Source: Corynebacterium amycolatum (lineage in GTDB: Bacteria; Actinomycetota; Actinomycetes; Mycobacteriales; Mycobacteriaceae). Taken from it: DNA of 32,000 nucleotides. Below the pieces are notes generated by a model, which searched no databases, had not been told where the DNA came from, and saw only the letters and a list, made by a program, of their open reading frames with translations. A program made the position numbers and the translations under genes. Below, one piece after another: positions 15,859 to 24,657 of this stretch. Numbering within the stretch: position 1 is the first letter of the stretch; every line of letters starts with the position of its first letter. Where the stretch lies: NCBI RefSeq assembly GCF_049243625.1, contig NZ_CP046975.1; one strand, given 5' to 3'.

Positions 15859-16756
15859 GCTTGCTAAGTATAGGACTTGCAATGCGGATAAATTCCGAAA
15901 TGTCCCCGCTAGTTTCGCTGCCGCGACGCATGACGGCGCTGAGGTTGCGGGTGAAGCGGGTGTCAGTGGGGACAATGACGATGCGCCCAAGTGTTACCTG
16001 ATCGCGGATTGCGCCACGGGCGATGATTGTTGGCGCTGCCAGCGCAATCATGCCGGCGCGCTGTGCTGAAAGGGAACCGAATTCGCCGGCGGGCTCGGTG
16101 AGAGTGCCGAGCGTATCTTCCACCACCTGCCGGCTGCCGGAACCGGGTTCGCGAATAACAAGCGGGGTAGTGCGCAGTTCCTCGGTGGATATTGCATTAT
16201 GCACCGCAGCCCGCTCAGTCCACGGATGCCCCGTCGGCACGGCGAGGACCAGTTCGTCGGTGCCGATGATCCGTTCTTCGAGGTCGTGTCGACCAGCCTC
16301 GCCCTCTACCAGGCCGAAGTCCACCGCACTGTTGGCCACTAGTTGTCGCACCTCACGGGAGTTTGCCTGCACCATCGACAGTTTGACTGCGGGATGTTGC
16401 CGGTGGAACTCGGCGGCCCAGCCGGGGTAGTAGAGCTCAGCGACAGTGTTGGACACCGCAAGGGTGAGGTGGCGGGGAACATCGTCGGAACGCAAGCTGG
16501 CGGCAATGCCCGAAAACCTGTGGCAGGCGGCGAGGAGGTCTGGGAGGGCGTCGATAAGCACTTGCCCGTTTTCCGTGGGAGATACGCCGTAGGGGGAGCG
16601 TTCGAAGACGGTGATTCCCAGCGCTTTTTCCGCCCGCGCGATGCGTGCGGACATGGTCTGCTGATTGATGCCTAGCTCACGCGCGGCCTTGGAGATCGAG
16701 CCTGCACGGGCGGCGGTGAGAAGTGCTTCGAGTTCGGCCACAGCGGAGGGGTACAT
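15842..16756 (-). CDS. LysR-type transcriptional regulator
   Basis: Start at ATG 16756 (MYPSAVAELEALLTAARAGSISKAARELGINQQTMSARIARAEKALGITVFERS, a winged-HTH domain). The stop overlaps the downstream CMD gene start by 17 nt. Confidence 0.85.
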   Translation of the reverse strand: MYPSAVAELEALLTAARAGSISKAARELGINQQTMSARIARAEKALGITVFERSPYGVSPTENGQVLIDALPDLLAACHRFSGIAASLRSDDVPRHLTLAVSNTVAELYYPGWAAEFHRQHPAVKLSMVQANSREVRQLVANSAVDFGLVEGEAGRHDLEERIIGTDELVLAVPTGHPWTERAAVHNAISTEELRTTPLVIREPGSGSRQVVEDTLGTLTEPAGEFGSLSAQRAGMIALAAPTIIARGAIRDQVTLGRIVIVPTDTRFTRNLSAVMRRGSETSGDISEFIRIASPILSKHEQSQ

Positions 16757-16819
16757 GCATTTATGGTACCCCTCACAGAGTCTGGTGATAGCTGTAGCTG
16801 TGGCAAGAACAAATACGGT

Positions 16820-17764
16820 ATGAGCATGACCAACTCTTCTCGCCGTGATGTGCTGGCACCCGCCGGGCCCGCGTGGGCAGGATCTCTGATGGGTACGTCC
16901 ATCTTCGCCACGCTTGCGCACATCCATGACGTGCCGGTGATTCCGGAGCTTCTTCTCGTCATGGCGGTGGGTATTCTCGGTTTTATCGTGGTCGGCTGGT
17001 TGCGTCTTCGAAACCCGCCTTTCCGCTCGAAGCTGATGGCGCCGTGGGGCATGCTCTCGATGGGCATCATGGCTCTCGGTAGTGCTGCGACTGCGCTAGC
17101 TAGTAACTCATCGTGGCAGCTGGTGTCCTGGTGGATCGGTGCGCCGTTGGCAATCTACGTCAGCCTTCGCCAACTGCGAGGATTCGAAGGCGAACCAACT
17201 TTTCAGTGGGGCCTCGCGCTGGTTGCCCCGATGGTGGCGGCGACAAGCGGTGCACAGTTGAGTATCGACTACGGCACCTTTTATCACGTCTGCGGGCAAA
17301 TATTCTTCTGGATGGCGCTAATCACCGTCCTACCAATTTTCGTACGCTGCTACGTCGCGCTGCTCTCTGGCACCATGCGCATCCCCGATTCCATCGCCGG
17401 TACTGCATGGATCCCGCTCGGGCTGGTCGGTCAGTCGACGGCTGCCGCGCAGCTGCTTTTCGATCGGACCTTCGCTGTCGCTTACGGCGCTGTGGTGCTC
17501 ATTGTCGGCATCTTCCTCGCTGCCATTGCTTTACGACGATTCACTCGCGCCGTAATCCGTTGGGCTGGCTATAGCCCTGGTTGGTGGGGTGCAACCTTCC
17601 CCGTGGGCACGCTGAGCCTTGGTACGCACATGCTGGGCGACACCGTTGGAGCGCAGTGGCTGTACACCGTCAGTGGTGTGCTGTTGTGTTTACTGGCTGT
17701 GCACTGGAGCGCGTGCGTGGCTCGATTTGTTTGGTGGGCGCGGGAGCAGGCAGTACGGATTTAG
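16820..17764 (+). CDS. TDT-family (TehA/Mae1-like) anion/dicarboxylate transporter
   Basis: Polytopic membrane protein. N-terminus PAGPAWAGSLMGTSIFATL is typical of the family. Divergent from the LysR gene. Start at ATG 16820 or 16826. Confidence 0.65.
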   Translation: MSMTNSSRRDVLAPAGPAWAGSLMGTSIFATLAHIHDVPVIPELLLVMAVGILGFIVVGWLRLRNPPFRSKLMAPWGMLSMGIMALGSAATALASNSSWQLVSWWIGAPLAIYVSLRQLRGFEGEPTFQWGLALVAPMVAATSGAQLSIDYGTFYHVCGQIFFWMALITVLPIFVRCYVALLSGTMRIPDSIAGTAWIPLGLVGQSTAAAQLLFDRTFAVAYGAVVLIVGIFLAAIALRRFTRAVIRWAGYSPGWWGATFPVGTLSLGTHMLGDTVGAQWLYTVSGVLLCLLAVHWSACVARFVWWAREQAVRI

Positions 17765-17816
17765 AGTTCAACGTGTTAAACTCCTCTTAATGAAACTGAT
17801 TGGCAAGAAGGGGAGA

Positions 17817-18404
17817 ATGGGCGATTCCGCGATAGTGCGCTTGCATGATGTCGATGTATCAGCTGGCGATTTGAATGTACTCCACATCGACAAACTTGAT
17901 GTTTTTCCAAAGGACATTATCGCGGTGATGGGACAGTCCGGATCCGGAAAGACGTCGCTACTTCGCACATTAAGCCAACAAGGTCTGCGTACCAGCTTTA
18001 TTATGCAAGACACCTTGGCGTGCCTTAATCCTCTTGTGCGCTGCGATAGGCAAGTACGAATTCTTGCGCGTAATAGTGGTTTCGATGCGCTCGAAGCTTG
18101 TGGTATTTCCCGAGAACAGGCTCATCGCTATCCCATGGAGTTGTCCGGAGGTCAGCGTCAGCGTGTCGCAATTGCGGCGGCGCTGGCAATGAAACCGTCT
18201 CCTTCGCTGCTGCTTGCCGACGAACCTACCTCCTCGCTGGATCCGATTGCGACTCTAGAGGTAGTAGGCGCGTTGCGGAAGCTGCATGAGCGCACGCAAA
18301 CAGCCATTGTTATTGCCACCCACGACGAGCGAGTAGCGCGAAAGATCGCTACACGAATCCTCTATTTGGAGAGTGGCACTGTGCAAGAGCGAGTCTGCGC
18401 ATGA
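17817..18404 (+). CDS. ABC transporter ATP-binding protein (Dpp/Opp/Nik D-type, unusually short)
   Basis: Walker A GQSGSGKTS, Q-loop FIMQD, signature LSGGQRQR, Walker B LLLADEPTSSLD, H-loop ATHD. SD GAAGGGGAG lies before ATG 17817. In-frame ATG 17790 sits 7 nt after an extended -10 (TGtTAAACT, 17774-17782) and is an alternative leaderless start. Confidence 0.85.
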   Translation: MGDSAIVRLHDVDVSAGDLNVLHIDKLDVFPKDIIAVMGQSGSGKTSLLRTLSQQGLRTSFIMQDTLACLNPLVRCDRQVRILARNSGFDALEACGISREQAHRYPMELSGGQRQRVAIAAALAMKPSPSLLLADEPTSSLDPIATLEVVGALRKLHERTQTAIVIATHDERVARKIATRILYLESGTVQERVCA

Positions 18405-19045
18405 TCAGTATCGATGGAGTTACTTGCAAAGGTAGGCTCCTCGATGTCACTCTCACGATTCCGCAGGGAAGTGTGGTTGGCATCATGGGGCGATCAGGGG
18501 CGGGCAAGAGTAGCCTAATCAGTCTCTTGACAGGTCAGTTGTGTCCTGACAGTGGCACGGTCACTATGGCACAGGGGCCAATTGGCTATATTCCGCAGAA
18601 TCCAGATACCACGTTATTGCCACATCGACCGGTAATCGACAGCATTTGTGAGTTTGCAACTGGAGATGTTCGAGCGATGTTGGAATCTCTGGGACTCAAT
18701 CCGGAATTTGCGTATCGACGACCCCATGAGCTCTCTGGTGGTCAGCGACAGCGAATGGCAATTGCGCGTGCGCTCATTGGTAAACCTGAACTTATCATTG
18801 CCGATGAGGCTTTTTCTGCTCTGGACAGGGATACCGCTGCCATGTTGGAAGAGGTGCTCCTCAGCACTGAGGCGACGGTACTGCTGGTATCTCATGACAT
18901 AAGCAGCTTGTTGCGATTGTGTAATCACATAATTGTCATGTCAGCAGGAGAAGCGGTCTTTAGCGGCCCGGTTGGAGAGCTCCATAAGACCGATATTCCT
19001 GAAGTTGTTGAGCTTCTGTCGGCTGCAGAGGAGCTAGCGTCGTGA
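18401..19045 (+). CDS. ABC transporter ATP-binding protein (second NBD, short)
   Basis: Walker A GRSGAGKSS, Q-loop YIPQNP, signature LSGGQRQRMAIARAL, Walker B IIADEAFSALD, H-loop VSHD. ATGA overlap with the previous gene. Confidence 0.85.
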   Translation: MISIDGVTCKGRLLDVTLTIPQGSVVGIMGRSGAGKSSLISLLTGQLCPDSGTVTMAQGPIGYIPQNPDTTLLPHRPVIDSICEFATGDVRAMLESLGLNPEFAYRRPHELSGGQRQRMAIARALIGKPELIIADEAFSALDRDTAAMLEEVLLSTEATVLLVSHDISSLLRLCNHIIVMSAGEAVFSGPVGELHKTDIPEVVELLSAAEELAS

Positions 19046-20250
19046 AGCAGTTGCCCAAAAAGATTCAAGCACTGTTGATTACGCAGCTGCTTTTCAACAT
19101 CGGTTTTTACCTCGTTGTCCCGTTCATTGCCGTCGAGCTCTCGAATAATTTGGGTGCCAGCGGTGTCGTGGTTGGTCTGGTGCTCGGTGTACGAACCTTT
19201 AGCCAACAGGGAATGTTCTTCCTCGGCGGCGGTCTTGCCGATCGTTTCGGGGCAATCAAGGTGTTGCTCGTTGGAGTTGCGCTTCGCGTTGTAGGTTTCC
19301 TGGTAACTGGACTGGCAACCTCTGTGCCAATGGTGTTTCTTGGCGTTGTCCTCATTGGCTTTGCGGCAGCACTGTTCTCGCCTGCAGTTGAGTCCTTGCT
19401 GGCCGGTGGGGGTGCCGAACTCGAGAAACAAGGAGTGTGTACACGGGCACAACTCTTTGCGCTTGACGAAAGCTATTCCCGTTTGGGCTCACTCACCGGC
19501 CCCGTGATTGGTGCGCTGCTGATCCCGATCGGTTTTTCAGCTGTCTCCTTTGCCGGCGCAGCCATCTTTGCCGGCATCTTTGTCATGCATCTGCTGTTAG
19601 CACGGAGATGGGAAGGTGTACATTCAGCTGGTGGCAGTATGACCGCTGCGTGGGGGCGAATCCTTCGCAATCGAGCGTTCATTGTGTTTGCGGTGTTCTA
19701 CTCGACTTATTTGCTCGCCTATAACCAGCAGTATTTGGCTCTTCCGGTAGAACTGCGTCGCGCCACAGGCAGCGATGAATACCTGAGCTGGTTCTTTGTC
19801 ATCTCAGCGGTATTTGTTATCGGGCTGCAAACCACCGTGACTAAGTGGGCCGAGAAATTGCCATTAGGGGTTGCTATCGGTGGCGGTTTTGGCCTGATGG
19901 CGTTTGCCTTCGCCATCATTGCGGTCTGCGCACCTATCCGCATGGAGGGATGGTGGGCCTTCGCGCCGGCAGTGACAATGCTGCTAGTGATGCATCTCGG
20001 AATGATGATTGCAGTTCCGATAGCCAAAGACCTCGTCGGAAAACTAACCGGGAATAGGGACCTCGGTTCTGCATACGGTTTTCTCAACAGCTTCGGTGGA
20101 CTCGCCGTTTTAATGGGGTCGATTGTGGTTGGCGCCACCCTGGATTGGGCCGAGACCCCACAGTTGTTGGCAGCAGCGCCGTGGGCAATCATGACCGTTT
20201 TATTGCTGATATCAGCCGTGGGGTTAATCAAGCTGAGACAGCAGCACTAG
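19042..20250 (+). CDS. MFS transporter, MdtH-like (DHA1-type exporter-like)
   Basis: 402 aa. LGVRTFSQQGMFFLGGGLADRFGAIKV parallels my recollection of the MdtH motif [26 protein letters not shown]. GTGA overlap with the upstream ATPase gene. Confidence 0.75.
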   Translation: MKQLPKKIQALLITQLLFNIGFYLVVPFIAVELSNNLGASGVVVGLVLGVRTFSQQGMFFLGGGLADRFGAIKVLLVGVALRVVGFLVTGLATSVPMVFLGVVLIGFAAALFSPAVESLLAGGGAELEKQGVCTRAQLFALDESYSRLGSLTGPVIGALLIPIGFSAVSFAGAAIFAGIFVMHLLLARRWEGVHSAGGSMTAAWGRILRNRAFIVFAVFYSTYLLAYNQQYLALPVELRRATGSDEYLSWFFVISAVFVIGLQTTVTKWAEKLPLGVAIGGGFGLMAFAFAIIAVCAPIRMEGWWAFAPAVTMLLVMHLGMMIAVPIAKDLVGKLTGNRDLGSAYGFLNSFGGLAVLMGSIVVGATLDWAETPQLLAAAPWAIMTVLLLISAVGLIKLRQQH

Positions 20251-20263
20251 ACAGCAGCACTAG
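20238..20263. repeat. Perfect tandem duplication 2 x 13 nt (ACAGCAGCACTAG) including the MFS stop codon
   Basis: Copies at 20238-20250 and 20251-20263, plus a partial ACA at 20264-20266. The stop codon TAG is at 20248-20250. Confidence 0.95.
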
Positions 20264-20321
20264 ACAACATCAAACAACTATTCAAAATCCACCTAGACAC
20301 TTGCGAAAGAGAAGTAGCCTT

Positions 20322-21788
20322 ATGAATCGAAAAATTGGCCTAATTCTGGCCACTGCGGCTTTGCCGTTCGCGTTGACCTCCTGCTTTGCGCAGGGCAGCG
20401 GTGATGCGGATGCGCTGCGCGTAGCCCTGCAATTCGAACCGGTTGCAGAGTTCTCGCCATACTCCGATGACGCAGTCCTGTCGACCCGCGCAGGTGCCAC
20501 GGAAATGCTTGTGGCGATTGATGACGAGGGCACCGTTAAGCCCGAACTGGCAGAGAAGTGGGAAGTGAAAGATGCTCGCACCGTTGTATTCACTCTGCCG
20601 GATGGATTGACTTTTCACGATGGAGCGCCAGTCGATGCACAGGCCGTAGCTAATTCGCTTACACATGCCATTGATGCGCCGACGAGGCCAAAGGGACTCG
20701 GCAAGGACCGACTTCAGGCTACCGCGACGGGAGACCGAGAGGTTACCGTCACTTCGGATAAAGATGATCCAATTCTGGTGAAGCGCTTTGCCGACCCGGG
20801 AACTATGGTTCTCTCACCCGCAGCATTTGAAGGGGACGCGCCTGATCCCTTTGGGCATGGTACAGGTCCGTTTGAGCTCGAGACGAAGAATCCAGACGGT
20901 ACCGTATCCGCACGTGCATTCGCCGACTACCGGAATGGTAAGCCGGAAACTGAGACTCTGACATTGTCTTTCATTGGGGATTCCACAGCTCGTACGAATG
21001 CACTGCGCGCAGATGAACAAGACCTGGTGAAGGGGTTGCCAATCTCATCGCTTGGCGGCCTCGATGACGTCGACGTGTCCAAGGTGGATTTACCTCGTGT
21101 CAATCTCCTGCATTTTAATACCGAAAAAGGCGTGTTTGCCGACGCCGCACTGCGTAAGGAAGTAGCCGCTGCAATCGATCCCGAACCGGTGGTTAGGGAC
21201 ATTTTTGAAGCTCAAGCGGTGAATCCGAAGGGGGCGATTTTCAATCGTTCAGCCCCGTGGGCGGCAACAACTCCTGAGACCACTGTCAAGCCGGGGCCGG
21301 ATGGCAAGGGGAAGGAAATCCGCTTGGCTACGTGGGATTCCCGCGCGGAGCTGCCCGAGGTTGCCAATCTCGTCGCAGATCAGCTGCGCAAGATGGGATT
21401 CACAGTCGACATCACGGTAGCCGACTACAACTCTTTGGAAGCCGACATGCTCGAGGGGAACTTTGATGTCATCATCGGCTCCCGTAATTACATGCTCGGT
21501 GCGGCTGATCCAATCAGCTTCCTACAATCCGACTTCACCTGTGAGAGCTCTTATAACCTCTCGCAGCTGTGTAACCAGACCATAGATGCCGATATTGAGA
21601 AGGCCGCTGAGCTTGGCAACGATGAGGAGCGCCTGTCGGCAGCAGCTCGAATCGGCGCGGAAATTGTTGCTGATGGTGCAGTAGTTCCGCTGTCTCATGA
21701 AAAATCACTAATCGGTGCGAAGAATGTTCGTGGTATCGCACTCGATCCGATGGAGCGCCACCTGATCACAGAGAAGACGGCTAAGTGA
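20322..21788 (+). CDS. ABC substrate-binding lipoprotein, family 5 (peptide/nickel/opine type)
   Basis: Start at ATG 20322. Signal peptide MNRKIGLILATAALPFALTSC has a lipobox (LTSC). Family-5 length and layout (LTFHDGAPV, VLSPAAF). The 20145 extension overlaps the MFS gene and is rejected. Confidence 0.8.
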   Translation: MNRKIGLILATAALPFALTSCFAQGSGDADALRVALQFEPVAEFSPYSDDAVLSTRAGATEMLVAIDDEGTVKPELAEKWEVKDARTVVFTLPDGLTFHDGAPVDAQAVANSLTHAIDAPTRPKGLGKDRLQATATGDREVTVTSDKDDPILVKRFADPGTMVLSPAAFEGDAPDPFGHGTGPFELETKNPDGTVSARAFADYRNGKPETETLTLSFIGDSTARTNALRADEQDLVKGLPISSLGGLDDVDVSKVDLPRVNLLHFNTEKGVFADAALRKEVAAAIDPEPVVRDIFEAQAVNPKGAIFNRSAPWAATTPETTVKPGPDGKGKEIRLATWDSRAELPEVANLVADQLRKMGFTVDITVADYNSLEADMLEGNFDVIIGSRNYMLGAADPISFLQSDFTCESSYNLSQLCNQTIDADIEKAAELGNDEERLSAAARIGAEIVADGAVVPLSHEKSLIGAKNVRGIALDPMERHLITEKTAK

Positions 21789-23476
21789 TTCGGAAAGCTT
21801 TCGCGGTAGTTGCCTCAGTTGTGGGACTTCTCGTCCTCACGGCCCTGTTGCCGTGGTTGACAGGACGGGAACCCGCATACGCCGTTCTGCGTGCCCGTGA
21901 GCGGGAACGGGAGATAACACCGGAGCTTATTGAGGCTGTTCGCAGAGAATATGGCCTGCCGACAACGCCTTGGGAGTCACTCCAGCAGTGGACGACAAAT
22001 ATTCTTCACGGTGATTTTGGCACCTCGTGGGTAACCGGACAAGATGCTTTCGCTCAGGCCGTGAACGGCTTCGGTATTACGTTCGCATTGACTGCGACTT
22101 CCATGGCGTTGTGCGTCTTCGTTGCGCTGGCGCTCGTACTTCCGCGGATTGCGGGGATGCGAGCCGGGAAATGGACACCTAGCGTGCTAGCGGTTCTCGC
22201 CGCACTGCCAAGCTTTGTGGTGGCGGTCTTGCTGTTGTGGTGGTTGGCTGTTGAACTGCGGATGTTTCCGGTAAGCGGTTGGGCATCACCTGCGCATATG
22301 GTGCTGCCAGTGCTGGCAATTGGCCTGCCCGCCGCGGGACTCTATGGGCGCGTGCTGCTGATTTCAGCTGATACTGCGTTGGCAGAGCCCTGGGTAGAAT
22401 CTTGGCGCACCAATGGCGTTCCAAAATCAACAATTATTCGATTTGTCACTTGGCGTAGCCTGCTGCCGACACTGTCACAGTTGACGCTGTTCTTTGCGGG
22501 CACGTTATCAGCCACCGCAGCAATTGAGGTCACCTTTCATTTGCCGGGCTTTGGGCGCAACGTAGTTGCGGCTGCTACTGCGGGCGATATTCCTGTTCTG
22601 CAAGCTGCGGTGACTGTGGTGTTGGGAATCGGCATAATCTGTGGATTCGTGGCTCAGGCAATACGGGGACAGTATGCGCGGAAGCTGCGAGGAAGCATCG
22701 CCACTGTTGGCCGGCCTACAGGAGGTCGACGTTTCTGGAGTCTCATCCTGTCGATTATTCCTATCGTGCTAATTGCGCTGGGAGTCCCCCGCAGCGCGGA
22801 TATCGACTCTGCGCAACGCTTCTTTTCACCGTCCTGGCAACACCCACTGGGGACCGATCAACTTGGTCGTGACATTTGGGCGCGGCTTGCCGACGGCATC
22901 GGCGCCACTATCGGAACTGCAATCCTGGTGACCGTAGTGTGCGCACTCATCGCCCTTGTGATTGGGCATCTAGGGGCGCCAGTGCAGTTCTTCGGAGACG
23001 CCATGAATGCGGTACCCGCAATATTGCTGGGCCTTATTCTGGCTGGTGTGTTGGGCCGCTCGATGCTGACAGCTGCGATAGCGGTGTTCTTGGTCGGGTG
23101 GATTCCACTTGCTGTACATTGCGTCGAAGTTGCTAACGAAGCCGCTGCATCCGGGCACTACCGATTTGCGCAAACCATGGGAGCCAGCCGTTGGCACCTT
23201 TTGAAGCTGCATGTTCTTCCCACGACCATTCCAGCAGTAGTTCGCCATGCCGTGACCAGGATTGCCCATAATGCTATAGCCCTTGCAGCACTCGGCTTCC
23301 TCGGCGTAGGCGCAGGTGTAGGCAGTCCAGATTGGGGCGTAATCCTCAACGAATCCACACAATATCTCGAGCGGGCGCCGTGGCTAGCGTGGGGGCCGAT
23401 GATTGGACTAGCCAGCCTCGGTGTTGCCGCAACCATTGCTACCGACCGATTCGTCGGCAAGCGACAGACTAATTAG
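21785..23476 (+). CDS. Fused ABC permease (DppB/NikB-like half + DppC/NikC-like half)
   Basis: 563 aa. The N-terminal half starts like a B-type permease (MIRKAFAVVASVVGLLVLTALL). The C-terminal half has the C-type hallmark HPLGTDQLGRDIWARL. GTGA overlap with the SBP gene. Confidence 0.8.
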   Translation: MIRKAFAVVASVVGLLVLTALLPWLTGREPAYAVLRAREREREITPELIEAVRREYGLPTTPWESLQQWTTNILHGDFGTSWVTGQDAFAQAVNGFGITFALTATSMALCVFVALALVLPRIAGMRAGKWTPSVLAVLAALPSFVVAVLLLWWLAVELRMFPVSGWASPAHMVLPVLAIGLPAAGLYGRVLLISADTALAEPWVESWRTNGVPKSTIIRFVTWRSLLPTLSQLTLFFAGTLSATAAIEVTFHLPGFGRNVVAAATAGDIPVLQAAVTVVLGIGIICGFVAQAIRGQYARKLRGSIATVGRPTGGRRFWSLILSIIPIVLIALGVPRSADIDSAQRFFSPSWQHPLGTDQLGRDIWARLADGIGATIGTAILVTVVCALIALVIGHLGAPVQFFGDAMNAVPAILLGLILAGVLGRSMLTAAIAVFLVGWIPLAVHCVEVANEAAASGHYRFAQTMGASRWHLLKLHVLPTTIPAVVRHAVTRIAHNAIALAALGFLGVGAGVGSPDWGVILNESTQYLERAPWLAWGPMIGLASLGVAATIATDRFVGKRQTN

Positions 23477-24657
23477 CCCAGCTCTACCCGCCCGTTGCGG
23501 TTCTGGTCTTCTCGTGGCGCAATACCCAGCGCGGCGGCGGGGAACAGGGCCGTGACGGCAAACAGCGCGGGGAAGCCCGCAGCGGCCACAATCGCACCCG
23601 AAACCGGAGGCGTTGCAGCGTAGATAATGTTCTGGAACGTGTTCTGCGTACCCATAGCGCGTCCGGACCAGAAGGGACCTGCGTATTCAGCAACTGCGGT
23701 GAAAGCAAGACCATTCGGGCTGACCACAGCAACGGCCAGTGCGCAGACCAGCAAAGTTCCAAGCGTGCGCCAATCAGCCCAGCTGGTAATCATCATTGCG
23801 ACAGCCAAAACAAAGGTCGCACCCGAGACCCAGCGGTAGGGGCGGATGCGGGATCGCACTCGGTCGGAGACCACACCCATCAATGCTCGCGATCCGGCAC
23901 CGAGCAGCTGCGAGACCATCACAATTGTGCCCGCCGTGCCATCGGCATAACCCACGGACAACAGCCACACGAGAATGTAGGCGCCCATCATCGACTGCGG
24001 CCAGGACAGCAGTGCCGAGGCGATGTGGATGCGCACGAGGTACTTGCCGTCCCGGTAGGGGCTGGCCGTGACGGTGGGGTTCGAGGCATCAGGGCGTGGG
24101 GGATTCTTCACGCCTATCAGTACAAGCAACGCCAGCACGGTGCACAGGATTGCGGGCATCGCGAGTGCGACTCCGATGCTGTAATTCTGTGCGAGCGGGT
24201 GCAGGGTGACTGCGGACAACGCCGCTCCGAGGGGCTGAGCCATTTGGCGAATGCCCATCGCAGTGCCGCGCTGATGCGGTGGGTACCAGCCCGACACCAC
24301 GCGGCCGGATGCTGAGTTCACGCTCGCCGCCGCACATCCGGCGAGGAAGAGTGTGGCCCCGAGCAGGGCCGGGCTTGACGACGAAGCTAGCGCCGCAAGC
24401 CCCGTCGTTAAGGCAGTAGAGGTCAGGCCGGCGAACAGAGCTGCGCGTTCGCCATAGCGGTCGACAAACCAGCCCCAGGCGATGAGCGTGAAGACAATAC
24501 CGGCCGCCGGCATTGCTGCGACGAGGCCGGCGGCGGAGAGGCTTAAGCCGTTTTCCTGTAGGGATGGGATGAGAAAAGGCACACCCATGTGAACGACGGA
24601 CGAACCGACCGCCGCGAACATGGACAGAAGAAGGACAAGGTGACGGTAAGCGGGCAT
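23473..24657 (-). CDS. MFS transporter
   Basis: 394 aa with about 12 hydrophobic segments. MFS loop motif GWFVDRYGERAAL. The start ATG overlaps the upstream iclR-type stop by 1 nt (TAATG on the minus strand at 24655-24659). Confidence 0.8.
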   Translation of the reverse strand: MPAYRHLVLLLSMFAAVGSSVVHMGVPFLIPSLQENGLSLSAAGLVAAMPAAGIVFTLIAWGWFVDRYGERAALFAGLTSTALTTGLAALASSSSPALLGATLFLAGCAAASVNSASGRVVSGWYPPHQRGTAMGIRQMAQPLGAALSAVTLHPLAQNYSIGVALAMPAILCTVLALLVLIGVKNPPRPDASNPTVTASPYRDGKYLVRIHIASALLSWPQSMMGAYILVWLLSVGYADGTAGTIVMVSQLLGAGSRALMGVVSDRVRSRIRPYRWVSGATFVLAVAMMITSWADWRTLGTLLVCALAVAVVSPNGLAFTAVAEYAGPFWSGRAMGTQNTFQNIIYAATPPVSGAIVAAAGFPALFAVTALFPAAALGIAPREDQNRNGRVELG

